A DNA stretch of 64,000 nt from Octopus sinensis (Eukaryota), in contig NC_042998.1 of assembly GCF_006345805.1 (NCBI RefSeq), positions 67,518,001 through 67,582,000 on the forward strand, written 5' to 3'. Below the pieces are notes generated by a model. That model ran no database searches. It was given only the letters and a program-made list of their open reading frames with translations, and had not been told where the DNA came from. Below are positions 14,018-28,243 of this stretch, piece after piece; position 1 is the first letter of the stretch, and every line of letters starts with the position of its first letter. Made by a program: the position numbers and the translations under genes.

Positions 14018-14260
14018 TGTAGCTGTGTGGTAAGTAGCTTGCTTACGAACCACATATATATTGTGTGTCTGTGTTTGTCCCCCCCCCCTACATCGCTTGA
14101 CAACCGATGCTGGTGTGCTTACGTCCCCGTTACTTAGCGGTTCGGCAAAGGAGATCGATAGAATAAGTACTAAGCTACAAAGAAATAGTCCTGGGGTCGA
14201 TTTGCTTGACTACAGGCATTGCTCCAGCATGGCCGCAGTCAAATAAATGAAACAAGTAAA
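14018..14260 (+). mobile_element. SINE family B with internal deletion
   Basis: Head gctgtgtggtaagtagcttgcttacgaaccacat is joined directly to the 3' half tgtgtgtctgtgtttgtccc...gcttgacaaccgatgctggtgtg...ctccagcatggccgcagtcaaat. Confidence 0.85.
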
Positions 14261-15269
14261 ATAGTAATTGTTTTTCATAGAATAATAATATTTGATTATA
14301 GAAATATAAAGGGATTTTTTTTAAACTTCAAATATCTATTTTACTTCCAGTAAAACGAGAATCAAAAACGTCCTAGCGCAAAACAAAAATAATTGAGAGC
14401 CAATGTTATATGTATAATTACCGGACAATTATACCTGCTCTATGTCCATGTATTGACGCTAAACGACAGTTCTGAATATTGTAGTTTAAGATTATTTTCA
14501 TAATATATTAAAAGAGAAAAAGTATCGAAAACATTGTAATGCAGAATCTTCATAAAGTCTCTCCGCTGTGAATGTAGCTTAGGAAGTGCTCGCACGGTAG
14601 TAAAGAAGAAAATAAATTTTATGTAATGAAAACGAATGCCGACACTTTCAGCACCTCTTATATATATTTTTTCCAGTCTTATAAATTCTAATATATTCTT
14701 TTTTAGTCTTATATCATCTTATAAATCTTTATTTTGCAATAAAATACTTATTGCCGAGAAACGATTTGAATATCCTGTATTTGTGTGAGTTGATCTGGCA
14801 TGATCGTTAGAGCAGCGAAAGAACAATTTTTAGAGTATTTCTTTAGGTTCGCTACGTTTCCGAATTGAAATCCCACCAATTACAACTTCTATCATTTTGG
14901 GTTCGATAAAATAAAAGCCAAATACTTCCATTGGATATATCGATTAACCACCAACCCTCACAGATTCTAGGCCTTCTGGGTAAATAAGTAACTTTATGAT
15001 TCGTATATATCTTATTGAATCAATAAAAGGATTGTTAAACTTTTGTCTCTTTTGACTATATTTACAGAAACAATTTCAGCCTCTTTGAGAACATGGATAT
15101 AATCGATCCCATTTGGTATATTCTTTAAAATCTACTGCTTTCTTTCATTGAATTACCGCAATGATCACGTACCGCTAGTAGGAGGTTCAGTGAAATATAT
15201 AGTAAATAATACTAAATGTAGTTTGGTACATATTTTATTGAATACACTTTACCTGACGACTAAGTATCG

Positions 15270-15274
15270 TATGT

Positions 15275-15328
<54 letters not shown>

Positions 15329-15525
15329 ACACATACACACTCACAAACACAAACACGCATACATATTTAGATAAATATGTATACATATGAGCCTGCAAAA
15401 CCCGGCATTGGAGTGATTTCATAGATTACATTTTTATACTAAATATACACATGTGTGCGTGTGGTTGTGTATATATGTATATACGTGTATATATATATGT
15501 ATATTATGTATATATATGAATATTC

Positions 15526-15604
<79 letters not shown>

Positions 15605-15765
15605 GTATGTGTATATATGTATATATGTGTATATATATATATATGTATATATGTGTTTATATATGTATATATGTGCATATATATATGTATATATATGTGT
15701 ATATATATGTATATATATATTTTTTATTTTATCTATAAAATATACATATATACACATATATAAAC

Positions 15766-15814
<49 letters not shown>

Positions 15815-16070
15815 CATATATAAAATATACATATATAAAATATACATATATATGTATGTATATGTATATATATGCATGTATATATATATCTGTATATATA
15901 TATATGTGTATATATATATATATGTAAATATGTATATATATGTAAATATGTATAAATATGTATATATGTACATGTCTATATATGTATATGTATATATGTA
16001 TATGTATATATGTATATGTATATGTACATATATGCATATATATGCATATATGTGTATATATATATATAAA
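15270..16070. repeat. (CA)n followed by a ~600 bp (TA)/(TATG) low-complexity tract
   Basis: Directly visible; the long 274 aa and 186 aa ORFs here are artefacts. Confidence 0.95.
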
Positions 16071-16557
16071 AAAAACGAGAGTGAAACGTATGCACGTTCG
16101 CACACTCAATCACGCATTCACGCAGACATACACATACCCACTCACACACACACATGTAAGAAGTCAGTATACAGTATATGTTTGAGCGTTTTTGTGTCTA
16201 AGTGTATCAAGAACTGCGTATACATGCGTGTATGTATGTATGTATATACGTTTATGCGTGGGTGTGTGTTTGTATGACTGTTGGCCACTAAAGCCACGTT
16301 TTCAGTTATTGCACCATGACGTCAATCACAAAGACACATAAAACCAAACACAACAAAAAATAACAAAGCTAAGATGTGAATTTGTCTTTGATGTTACGGT
16401 TTCCATGTATTATAAAGTAAATCGCAACCAATAAATCACATTTTCAAGTCGGAATAGCTACGTTTTGCGCAGAATCTAAATGCTACCTATAATACAGTAA
16501 TGCGCCTTACCGAAATTATGTATCCGCGTCTATAATATATATACATACATACATATA

Positions 16558-16596
<39 letters not shown>

Positions 16597-17689
16597 TGTA
16601 TATATATGTGTGTGTGTGTTGTGTCTGCATGTGCATATACACACATATATAGGTATATACTTTTGTATGTTGTGCGTGTTTATATGAAAATATATCGTAC
16701 GCATTTATTTCTTGGCATCAAATCGTATGCTACCTTAGAGGTTAAAATTCTGCTGTTTATATACTGGAATATATGTTATTAACCACAATATTCTAATATC
16801 TATAAACAAATGACAAACGTCTGCCAATATCAGAATTGATTCTCATCTGTTACTTTCCTGCTTTTTACACTGTCCAGAAATAAACGCTTTTATCAATATA
16901 TCAATTACGTGTATATATGTGATATATATATATGCATGTGTGTGTATGTGTGTATGTATATATGTGTGTGTGTGTGTGTGTGCGTGTGTTTTGGTGTGAT
17001 TGTAGGAACATGTGTCTATATAACCTCACATAAATTGACAAACGAGTGTGGGTGTGTGTTTGTGCGTGTGTGCGTTTATACTTATTTCGTTTTACGTCAT
17101 CGGGGGTTTTAGTTTTAACTTCTTTTTTTTATCCAAGAGCAATAGACAGTAGAAACTATTTAATCTAAATTCTACTATAATACAAACCACTTTAAAATAG
17201 ACATCCCTTTACGCAAAATACACAGCAGTTTAGTTTTTTTTCCTCAGCATCAATTCAACAAAGCTATTTGACTTCTGTTGTGTTTTCTAATAGCTTTCTT
17301 CCTAAAGATTCCTTAAAATAACAGCAGGCTCTTCTTACACATAATGACATTTTTAGAAAGTGCTCGACGCGAGAAACGAGTAATCTAAATATTAATTGTA
17401 AAGCTTTGTATAACTTTACAAATTGTCCACAAGTGATTTAAAACTTTCATAACAAACTTTCATTACAAACAGCTCGCAAAATACCACTTCAACATTAAAT
17501 GCTATAACCTAATGGAAATATAGTGCAGAATTGTATCCTTTATTTTTATATAATGGAATAAAGGCAAGGTTGCATTCTGGAGTGTATCATGAAACAGTAA
17601 TGATGTATGAATAAGCACTTAATGTTTGAGGGTCTTAGAATGTCATGGTTTATGTCATATGTTTTTGTATATGAACATGAACATTTCGC

Positions 17690-17859
17690 TTGGTATCTTC
17701 ATGGCTTCGGGTTCAATCCCACTGGGTGGCATTTTAAGCAATGTCTTCAATTCTTCTGCTATAGTTCCGAGCTAACCAATGCCTTGGCCGCAGTCAAATG
17801 ACTAAAACAAATAAAACAATAAAACTGTATAAAAACACACACACGCATATATATGTATA

Positions 17860-17890
<31 letters not shown>

Positions 17891-18130
17891 TTGTGTATGT
17901 CTGTGCGCGCGTAATATCTTGTATATGTCTGTTTCTGTTAGTCTGTGCTTGTCCCTCAGGCCAGCTTGACAGTCATTATTGATCTATGTATGTATTCTTA
18001 ACTTATCGCTTTGACAAAATAAACTGATAGACTAAGAAATAAGTTCTGGGGTCGATTTATTTCGACTAAACCCTTCAAGGAGGCGACTCCTTATGGCCGC
18101 AGTTCTTTGAGTTAAAGAAGAAAAACGAAT
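17690..18130 (+). mobile_element. Two partial SINE family B copies (about 17690-17815 and 17935-18130)
   Basis: gggttcaatcccactgggtggc...aagcaatgtcttc...ccaatgccttggccgcagtcaaatgact; also gcttgacagtc...ctggggtcgatttatttcgactaaacccttcaagg. Confidence 0.7.
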
Positions 18131-19279
18131 ATAAGAAATAGAATAAAATACATAGTCTCTATGGTACAGGAATTCCTACGAAAATTTTGTGTCGCGGATT
18201 ATTTTGCTTCTAAAGAGTTACCTATCGTCTGACATGTAACTAGGAAGTTTACTTTTGCCACCATGAGAAATATCATGAAATATAGCATACATACAATAAT
18301 AATAATTTTACTTTTACTAAATTGTTTGGTACTTATACAAAGTGATGAAATAAAGAATACTAATTTTCCATAGAAAATATATTCATTACCTTAAAACAAA
18401 ATTAAATAAATTGAATTTTGTCATTTGTATATTAGTAAAAATTTTATGCAACTGTTTTTCTAAATTTTATGAACATAATCTCATCGAAAAACTTTCTCAG
18501 TAAAATTTCATTTAAAAAATGAATATTTTTCATGTTATAGGTCACTCATTTTGCATTTATGTTGGCTATCACTCTCTTAGACTCTCTCTCACCCTGTATC
18601 TCTCTTACACACACTCTCTCTCTCACTCTGTATCTCTCTTAAACTCTCTCTGTACGTTTATTTTAGTTTCTCTCTTCCTTTCTCTATACGATGTAAAGCG
18701 TAACTGGAGACATCAGCCAGCAAACCAGCCAACAACCATCATCTTTTATCGGCTGTTATTATATGGAGATGTCCAATATTTAACTATTCCGTGATAATTT
18801 AGTTTCCATTAAAATATATTTGCTCAGGAAAAAATGTAACTAAGTCATGTATGGGCTGTGGATTGCTAAATGCAGTAGATTAATAAATCATTAAAAGGTC
18901 GGAGAAAATGATTTACAGTAATTAATTGCGACTCTGTAACTTTTTGGACCCCGCTCAGTTGTGTTTTATCATCATCTTTTCGAGTTCGATGCCAAGGACG
19001 TCGTTACAAACAATGACTCAATTCTCTATTCTTGGACCTCAAAAAAAAATTTAAAAATACTCGGGTTCCTAAGTTTGTGCTTGAAATTTTTATCAACACC
19101 ACGTTGACATAGGTTCTTCAGTAGAAGCAGAACCTTTAATCTTTAGGTAGCTGGTATTTGGGGGACATTTTTTTTTACGTTACGAGTTTCATTCCCATTC
19201 ATCCTTCTGAACCTTTCAGCTACTTTGGTGTCATAAATATACATAGCCATCGTTAGCTACTCCTTGCACAGTTTTTCTT

Positions 19280-19670
19280 CTGCGCCATGGTCATCATTGT
19301 CGTCATCATCAACACCACCGCCGTCAGCACCATCGTCATTATCATAATTGCTATCAACATTCTCTTCGTCATCATCGTCATTACGATGACCACCACTACT
19401 ACCATCACCATTATCGTCATCATAATTATTATCAATGTCCTCTTCGTCATCGGCATCATCGTAATTACCGACACCAACACCACAAACACCATCACCACCA
19501 TCGTCATCATCAGAAGCAGCACTTTATTCCATCCAGTTTCCCTTTCTCGTATATTACTCTCGCATAGTTCTGTCTGTTCGTCCCCTTCTTCATCAAAATC
19601 AGCCACATCAAGTATATCTGCGTCCTCCACCATCTCACCATCATCTTCCACGTCATAATCATCTTCATTC
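19280..19670. repeat. Degenerate (CAT/CGT/CAC)n trinucleotide tract, Asp/Glu/Gly-coding on the minus strand
   Basis: catcatcgtcattatc... throughout. Contains an internal near-duplicate unit (tctcttcgtcatcatcgtcatt at about 19361 vs cctcttcgtcatcggcatc at about 19439). Confidence 0.75.
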
Positions 19671-20054
19671 ACTTCTCCTTCTTTATATTACTATTCTCAT
19701 TATTCTCATTATTTTTTTCTTCTAATGCTCTTCCCCCTCCTGCTCTTTCTTTCAATTGTGATTATCTGATATTCTACTTGTCAACAACTGATTCACTTCC
19801 AGTTTTCAATAGATATCAATCTGTATTTGAAACTGGGTGAAATTAAATACATTGTCAATATTTCAGTCTTGTCTTGCGACCGTTGACTGCGTATAGTCAT
19901 GAAACGCATTCTAATCTCTCTGATGTAACATCCCCAAGCTGTCAGATAACTATTATCGGATGAAGTAAACTTAGACAAAATTATTATAAAGTTTTCAATT
20001 GTGCGGAAATACAGAAATACCTTCATTATGTCTTGTAACTTAATGTAATTTCAT

Positions 20055-20880
20055 AGATACCTTCGATATCATGGTTGTATATCAAAGAAAAAATAGATCC
20101 ATGAAGAGAAACTTAGATGGTTATTTCAGATGTTAGAAATGGCAGACAAATTTCAACATAATTTTTTTATAAGCGCAAAAATAAGGAAACGTCTTTATTA
20201 CATCGCGTAACTTAGTGTTTTAATTTCTAATGTATGAGTTATCAAGGCTGTATAAACAATGAAAATATAGCATGAAGATAAAAAAGCTTCTATGTGGTCA
20301 CTTCAAGTATTAGAAATAGGAAAAAAATTCAATATTGGTCTCAACTTTTTGGCACAAGGCCAGCTGTTTCAGTAGAGGGAACACGTCAATTACATCGACC
20401 CCAATTTTCAACTAGTACATTTTTGATCGACCCTGATAAACTGAAAGACAAAATGGACCATGGCGGCATCTGAACTCAGAATATAAAATCGAAAGAAATG
20501 CCGCTAAGCATTTTACTCTGCACGGTAATGATTTTACTATTGAATTTGTATAAAGGCAGTGAACTGGTAGGATCGTTAACACGCCGGACAAACTGCTTAC
20601 TCTTTAAGTTCTGAATTCAAATTCTGCCGATATATACTTTGTCTTTTACCCTTATCAAGGTTGATGTAATCGACAAGGCCCCTTCTCCAAACATGATGTG
20701 TGTCAAAATTTCAAACGAGTATTAAAATTGAGTGCAAATAACGAAACGTCTTTATTACGGCTGGTAATTTAATATCTTTATTCTCTAAATGCACTTGATA
20801 TCAAGTTTGTATAACAACGAAAAGTTAGCACTAAAACATAAAGCCCAAAGAAGGTCATTCTCTGAGTTAGAAAAAGCAGT
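20055..20880 (+). repeat. Old ~180-bp tandem repeat, three degenerate units, interrupted by two SINEs
   Basis: Recurring blocks gatatca.g.ttgtata.caa.gaaaa.tagca (20057, 20238, 20797) and aataa.gaaacgtctttattac (20181, 20737). Confidence 0.6.
20345..20725. mobile_element. Head-to-head pair of SINE family A (minus 20345-20525; plus 20555-20725)
   Basis: Minus copy: actagtacatttttgatcgaccc...tctgaactcagaat...aaatgccgctaagcatttt. Plus copy: ggcagtgaactggtaggatcgttaacacgccggaca...ttctgaattcaaattctgcc. Confidence 0.75.
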
Positions 20881-22267
20881 GAGATATCCCTTCAACTCAC
20901 ACCGTGTTTGTTTAAAACACGAAAGAAGAAACTGTGTTATGTTGACCTGGATACACTGCATCTCTATAACAGAGGGAATGTTCATTATGAAATATCTTTG
21001 ATCGGAATCCTATGTCTCAGAGGTGACGTACATCTAAACATGATTAAAACCGTTAAAAAAGATTTTAATTATCTTCAATGAAAGCGGAATGCTTCATTAC
21101 AGGATGAAAAACAGGGCATTTTTTATCAGAGAAAGGATAACTGTGTGTGTGAAAGTGTGAGCGTGAGTGTGTGTGAATGTATGAGTATGTGAGTGTACAT
21201 GTGAGTGTGTGTATTACATATTCCCTTGTGAGTGTAATTCACCGTTGATAAAATTAAGAAGTCTTGGATATGGACAGAGTTTTGCAGTTAAGAAATTTAG
21301 TTGGCAAATGCCTGGCAGTATGTTCGATATTGTTGTGCGTTAAAATAGGAATGTAATTTGTTACTGATAACCAATGGACAAAAACTGTGCTAAAACTCAT
21401 CATATCTGTATGTCTGTATATGTGATTATCTGGATGTATTTATGTGTGTGTGTTTGTGTATACATACAAACACATATACGTGATAAACACATGCACAGAC
21501 GTGTGGATGTGTATTACCCATATCTGCGTATGCGTATATATGGCTATGTTTACCTGTGTAGAAACCGCTGTTTTATAAAGAAATTAACTCAAGCCTTTCA
21601 TAAATATAGATCAATAGAAAGGAGGCTGAATAAAATAACTACTTTAGTCAAAATGTTTGGTTAAGACCTATCATATCAGCGCAGCCAGCATGGCCGTAGT
21701 CCCCTGAGTAAAACCAGTATCGAGAAAGTAAACGAAATCATTCAATAGTGCGCCATTAATCATGCCAACACACAAAATTACTAGTGTCTTAGAATTTCTG
21801 CAGACATTTTCATTTTTCTTTTGTTCATGGAGAAGAAATTTCCACGAGAGGTTTCTCTGTCGACAACAATACATTCCAAAGGGGTCCATTATAGTATCCA
21901 TAGACGTTAATTGCAAACATATATTAATGTTTCAAAGGGATCCCAGTTCTTCGTTAACAAGTTTAGTTCCCATTTCCTGTATTTTCATCAGTTATAAAAG
22001 ACAACAGAATTATTATTAAACAATTTCTAGGCATAACTATATGTGTATTTTTCTCAATTGTTAAAGCACAATGGTGTATTGAGGATATAATGCGACACCT
22101 TATTTCTCTTTTATGATCATAACTATAGACTCCGCTCAGCAATTAATATTCAGAATAATTGACATTTTCAGAGGATGTTATCAATGTTGGTGAGATTTAT
22201 TTGCTCTATGACAAAGAAAGAAAATACTGCTACACATCGTATTATGGATACAGAAATGTATGTGTGC

Positions 22268-22328
<61 letters not shown>

Positions 22329-23918
22329 GTGTGTGTATGTGTGTGTGTGGTGTGTGTGTATGTGTGTGTGTGTGTGTACAAAGGTGTCGATGCGAGTTTA
22401 GTCGTAAATAAGAAAATGCACAAGCGCACCAAGAGACCGTTTGCAATTTTAATAACGAGATGATGACATTTCTTCTTTCTATCTTCCTTATATAGATATG
22501 CTTCAAAAAATGTATTGCTTAAATTTCTTCAGAGATCTTTGTGATAAATTTTTATATCTTATATCATAAACATATTCTTCATTTAAACTGCATCGACGAA
22601 GCTATAAGATGTTGCGTGAATACTCGACTCCCAGTGCATCTCTTCTTATAACAAAAAAGCTGTAAGCTAATGGAAGTGATTATGTAACTCATGCTCCTTT
22701 ACCATTTAATATCGTAGTCAGTAGGCCCCTGGTGCTTTACTGTGATGCATGGGTATACTGAATTCGAACAAATTGTTATCAAGATCGCTGTACCTAAAGA
22801 AAATAATATAGTATTTCATAGTATATATTTTATTTTGTTTGAAATAGTCATCCGATATCTAATGTTTTTTTTTCTTCTCTGTGTTTACTCAGGCTAACAG
22901 TGGAAAAAGTACAGGAAGTGAATTCACATGGATGGAAACTCAGTTGGAAAAGCAAAGATTTTTAGATTAAACCTTTGTCGCCGCATTCATCCCTCTATGA
23001 AACTCACAGCTTATTTGGTATGTTTGACTAATATAATATATTTTATTATATTTACTGTATCTACTCGGGCACAGATTAGTATTTTCAGCATTAGAAAATA
23101 GTTCTCCAAAGACGAAATACAACAGCGATTAGCATACCCATATTCGAATTTATCAGAACATATAGAGTGAATTTCTAAGACATCGCTTATACTGAAGTTG
23201 TCAACTGCATGCACTGCAGTTTATCATGACTTGTTTCAGAATGTCAGTGCTAAATTAATGCAAACTTGTTAATGTTTTGTAATAAACTTATATACAACAC
23301 TGTTCTTATCACACGTAGGAGGAAAATCCAGGCAGGAATGCATTATGTAGGAGAGGAAATACAGGAAAAAGGATTAAAAAAAAACAGCATTAGATAAATG
23401 CGTGTGTTATGGCCATATCTATCCAATAAATTCTGTTATAGCAACTAATATATTACAGAACCAGGGCTAGAATAATATATCCATATAAAATCTAAATTTT
23501 TGAAGACATATAACATTGGTAATAAATAATAAATCTGACTATTGATATGTTTATCATATAATATTGGGGAATTCCTGACCAAATTTATAGAAACGTGACA
23601 AAGCGATATTCTTTTGAAGATTATATATATGTTCAGCTTCATTATATTAAGTTCTTGATTGCCTAACTGTGTCAGCCTTTCTATATATCATCGCTCGTAA
23701 ATCATTTCAAATGATATCCATGCCCATGCGCGTAAATTCATTTGTTGCATCGACAAGCGATACCGAATGAGCGTAAATACATAGGCTTTCCAAAATTAAC
23801 ATGGCTCTATAGATATACCTATATGTCTGTGTGCGTGTTTATGTAAACACACACATGTACATACATATTTACATACATACACACGCACACAGACACACAC
23901 ACGCACACACACATATAA

Positions 23919-23986
<68 letters not shown>

Positions 23987-26328
23987 TATATACATATCAA
24001 TATATATATATATATATTTATATATATAGATAACATAAATTGTTTAGTTATGAAAATTTATCTTCATCAATAGACAATGTATCATAATTTCCAAATGTTA
24101 GTCAAGATCAGCTCCATATGAATTGGGAGGCAATTTCAAGAACCAAGAATTTTCCAAATTTAATTTGCTATTAAAGAAATGGACGTATTTATTGCTTGGA
24201 AGTAAGAGGACAGTCGTAGATCCGTGGTTCTGTCTCGATAGTCGTCAGCAGAACAACAACGGTCCGACGTTATCTTCAGAAGCATAGATTAAGACTTTTA
24301 CAAAAAGAGCAGGATATGTTTATGACCTAAGTAATTTGTATAATCTAAACTGAAATGATCTAATGGTAATAACTGAATGTGGCTAGTGCTATGTTTTTAA
24401 CATCAACAAATACATGTATATCGAATACAATACAACAGGAATTTTTATTCATTAAAATTGTTTTGTTTCTAGCGGATGTGTCATTGTGCAAGTGACGTGT
24501 ACGTGATATGTACTTATAGTTGTGAGTTCAGTTAGTGCAGCCGAAATAAATATAGACATATTACTACCTAACAAAAAGCATCATCATTGTGAAGGATTGG
24601 AGTTTCACCAACACAATTAATTATAATATTGATCAATTTGTTGAGTTTTAGCATATGTTAAAGAATCCTGTAATTAAAGGCGTCCCAGGTTTCAGCGTTA
24701 TATTCCGTCACCAGAAATCACACGAGGAAGAAAGGTTATGATGTGAGAGGGTTTATATGTAAACAGACAGTGCTACCTTGTAAATTTACTTTCGTTCTAA
24801 ATGCATAACTTATTGATAGGAAATTTATGGAAGTTAAAAATTTTGTTTAATAAATAAGAGAAAAAATTATCATCAGTAATCCGCGACTAAATATTTAATA
24901 AAATGCGAATTATTTATCTGCTTCAGTGAGAAGTAACCTCAAGAAAAACACACTATTAGAAATAGCACATTTCTGAGAAAGCATATTCTAGCATTTCCAG
25001 GAGTTGCTACTATTAAGAATATATTAGATCCCAACTGTCAGAAGTAGACAATCACTTTGCCTTGAGTACATATGGATATAGGTCTACTTCATCACAGCTA
25101 ACCTAGGGCTACACAACCAGAACAATCATAAGATCTAAGATACACATGGCAAGTGTAAGAGTTTCTATTTAACAGCTAAGAAATATATATATATCTTCTT
25201 ACTACCTTCGACTAAAACTATTCCGTTAATTTAATTTTGCTTGCAACGAATAATTAATTCTATTTTTGACTTTTTCATTCTCCTTCTCCTAATATTTCTC
25301 AGACCCATCTCCATTTCCATGCTGTTGTCATCATCGACATATTTCATATTCTGATTCTATTTGAAACTGTATTTGACACTATAACTGACATTTCATAAAA
25401 GTTGCTGGAGGACATCTCTCTCCTTTTCCACTTCAAATTGCAACTGAAAACATCAATACTCCACCGCCCCACCACATTAAGTTGTACTTGAAGAAATTAC
25501 TATCCCCACTCAGCGACATTAAGTTGTAGTTGAACACTTTAATGAGAATTTGGTCGGAGGAGAAAGGCGTTTGAATCGACGGGTTACAGAGAAACGAGTC
25601 TAACAGTAATCACTTCAATTCGTATCTTCGGGACATGCTTGAGCATCATCGAACTTAACCTCTCCCAACGCACACCGTCAGCCTGTAGACGCCGGGAAAT
25701 ATAGGCGACATTCTAATACAAAAAGTATCAAAACGAACGTTCGAATCTTGTAAAATTTACGGGAACAGGGCACGATGATCAGAAGACCATTGTGCGCTGC
25801 AGCAACTGTAACAGTTACAACCTCAATGTGACATTTCAGAGATAACTATACCTCTTGCAATTCCTGAATGAAGTAAGCTATCCTCATAATCAAGTCATCC
25901 TAACTTTTATCAATATGCAAGCGGACACATACATATCAGAGTAATTTTGATCAAGCCAATGCAATTATGTTGCCTTTTGTTTTATAGTTTGTGTTTTCGA
26001 TGTTTCTTTATATTTTCTGATTTTGTATAAGAGGGAAGATCGGCTTATGGTGACATCATTCTTGTAATGTATCATCCTAAGCTGAGATACCCAAGATACA
26101 TGTACCTTGCAAATTACTATTTCACTCTCCAAAACCTGAATCAATGCGTGACAGAGTTATGTTGAATGTGCGTAAGTTCACAGATGGATAGGTTTCACTA
26201 TGTAACGCGGGAATTACACACAGTTTCTATTCATTCATAAATTTTCAAATACTCCCATAATATACCGCAACATGAAATAAGTTGTATAATCCTCACATAT
26301 AGAATATTATGATTACAAAACCCGAATA

Positions 26329-26359
<31 letters not shown>

Positions 26360-27039
26360 GGAGAGAGAGAGGGAGAGAGAGACAAAGAGGGACAGAGATA
26401 GAGAGAGAGACAGACAGACAGAGAAACATATAACATGATTTCCCTAATAACATTAATGGAGGACCCTCTACCTGGACCCCATTCTCTGACGAAGAAATCA
26501 AAACTGTTATAACTTGCAATCTACCAGATATGAATAGACGACCGTTTAACTTGATTCTTTTAAATCCATCAATGAAGAACGGATAGTTTGTGCTGGCCAA
26601 ACCTATAAGTAGAGCATAAAGGCTAACTTGTAAAATAGCAGTGCTATCGCTTAAATCGATTATTCTCAATGATTTTTTTAGAAAACAATATTGAGTACGT
26701 TAAAATAACGATACTAAAGGTTCACAACAATAACTTGTTTGTCAACGACATACAAATCTTTTGCGTGTACTCAATAATAGCTCGATTTATCTTGTGCGCA
26801 AAAATATCTTATGAGAGGATCAAAAAGTTAAAGGCAGGATGGTCCTGCTCTGAAGTCTGTGAAGACAAGCGTGACCAGGAGCTAAAACAATAACAAAATT
26901 GACATGAACCACACAAATCCTAATCTGATGAAGGCTAGACATCACTAAAGTGATACTTATCGTAGAAAAAAAAAACATAACATATGCATGTCTATATACA
27001 CACATGTCTATATATACACAATCACAATTTAATGGCTTC

Positions 27040-27450
27040 AAATTTTAGCAGAAATCCAGCAGTTTTAAGAGGTGAGGGAACGTCTGTTACATTGACTCCA
27101 GTGCTCAACTAGTACTTATCGATCCCGAAGGAATGACAAAAAAAATTTAACCTCCGTTAAATTTGAACACAGAATATAAAGAGCAGTTTATCTGACAGGC
27201 CAACAACTCAACGAGCACACCACCATTCGATCACAACGTAATATTCTTTCAAATTTTGTAGGTGACTGACAAGTTTAAGGCCGGGAATTGGTAGATTACA
27301 TCCATCCGGTATTTGAGTGGTACCTATTTGATCGACCCTAACCCTAACTCTAGTATTTGAGCTGAAAACGTAAAAAAACAACATGAATAAATGCCACTAT
27401 GCATTTTCCTTGATGCAGTAAATATTCTGCCAGCTCACCGCCTTGAATCA
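27040..27450 (-). mobile_element. Two degenerate SINE family A copies
   Basis: actagtacttatcgatcccgaaggaatga...atttgaacacagaat (27040-27215) and tggtacctatttgatcgaccc...atttgagctgaaaacgtaa...tattctgccagctcaccgcc (27255-27445). Confidence 0.7.
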
Positions 27451-28012
27451 CCTAGTAATTTTTCAACCTATATTTTCTGTAAACCACCAATTGTTATCCC
27501 TCTTGTGATTTCATAATATTTTTGCTGGCGTATTATATATTATAAAACAATGTCATGCTACATTCGCACTGTAATAGCCATTAAAAAGGACCGTTACATA
27601 TTTTGCACTTCAAATACAAAGAACGCTTAAGGAACTCCAGACACAAAAAACAGCAATAACTACACAACACAAGTCGATGTAAAAGTGACGCATGCAAACC
27701 ATGACAATGGCTGCAAACAGATACAAGATCACGGAGTTCATTTATGTACTTGGTTGTGCCGTTAAAGCTCACTATATAATCTATTAAAACATAAAAATAT
27801 ATTTATTAAAATGATAACGATGTTGATGACGATCATGATGAAGAGGATAAAGGAGAGAAAAAAATAATACTTAAGCCATGACAAATAAATCATTTATCAA
27901 TATACTAGTAAAAATACGTAAATATTAGTTTATGTGAGAACTGCAATGGATACGAACACAGGAGCATTATTGGAAATTAATAACGACACAAACACTAAGA
28001 ATTTATGCAGTA

Positions 28013-28047
<35 letters not shown>

Positions 28048-28140
28048 ATATATATATGTAGGTCCCGGGTTGATCCGGGGTTAACCACAGTAAGTAAGGT
28101 ACTCAATACATAGCAGAGTAAAATTAATTTATTATATAGA

Positions 28141-28198
28141 AGGAGCTTCTACAGGACTAGTACTGTTTCATTCAAGAGAAATCTTCAGGAAGCTTCCT
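28141..28198 (-). ncRNA. Mirror type I hammerhead ribozyme-like motif (antisense arm of the palindrome)
   Basis: The reverse complement reads aggaagcttc-CTGAAGA-tttctcttgaat-GAAACAGTACTAGTCCTGTA-gaagctcct, the same fold as the plus copy with stem II loop TCTT. Confidence 0.62.
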
Positions 28199-28243
28199 GA
28201 AGATTTCTCTGAATGAAACAGTACTAGTCCTGTAGAAGCTCCT
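28187..28243 (+). ncRNA. Type I hammerhead ribozyme-like motif
   Basis: Stem I AGCTTC (28191-28196) pairs with GAAGCT (28235-28240), extended by AGG/CCT. Core CTGAAGA (28197-28203); stem II TTC-tct-GAA with a T-T closing mismatch; GAAA (28215-28218). Stem III ACAG/CTGT has loop tACTAGTc, which is palindromic. Cleavage triplet GTA (28232-28234). Confidence 0.65.

Noticed and set aside
16317-16324. CRE palindrome TGACGTCA
   Set aside because: An 8-mer with no promoter or gene context; expected by chance in 64 kb.
21671-22019. Overlapping short ORFs on both strands
   Set aside because: No transposase or host motifs recognised; contains a ggggtccat MITE-like motif and is probably decayed repeat.
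25700-25850. KTIVRCSNCNS, reminiscent of a piggyBac C-terminal Cys-rich domain
   Set aside because: Only one CxxC is intact, frames are broken, and no TTAA/TIR or DDD core is seen.
26420-26669. Non-repetitive ~80-codon minus-strand frame (MRIIDLSD...QVEGPPLMLLG)
   Set aside because: No recognisable domain, no clear splice sites, and it runs into a microsatellite; insufficient to call an exon.
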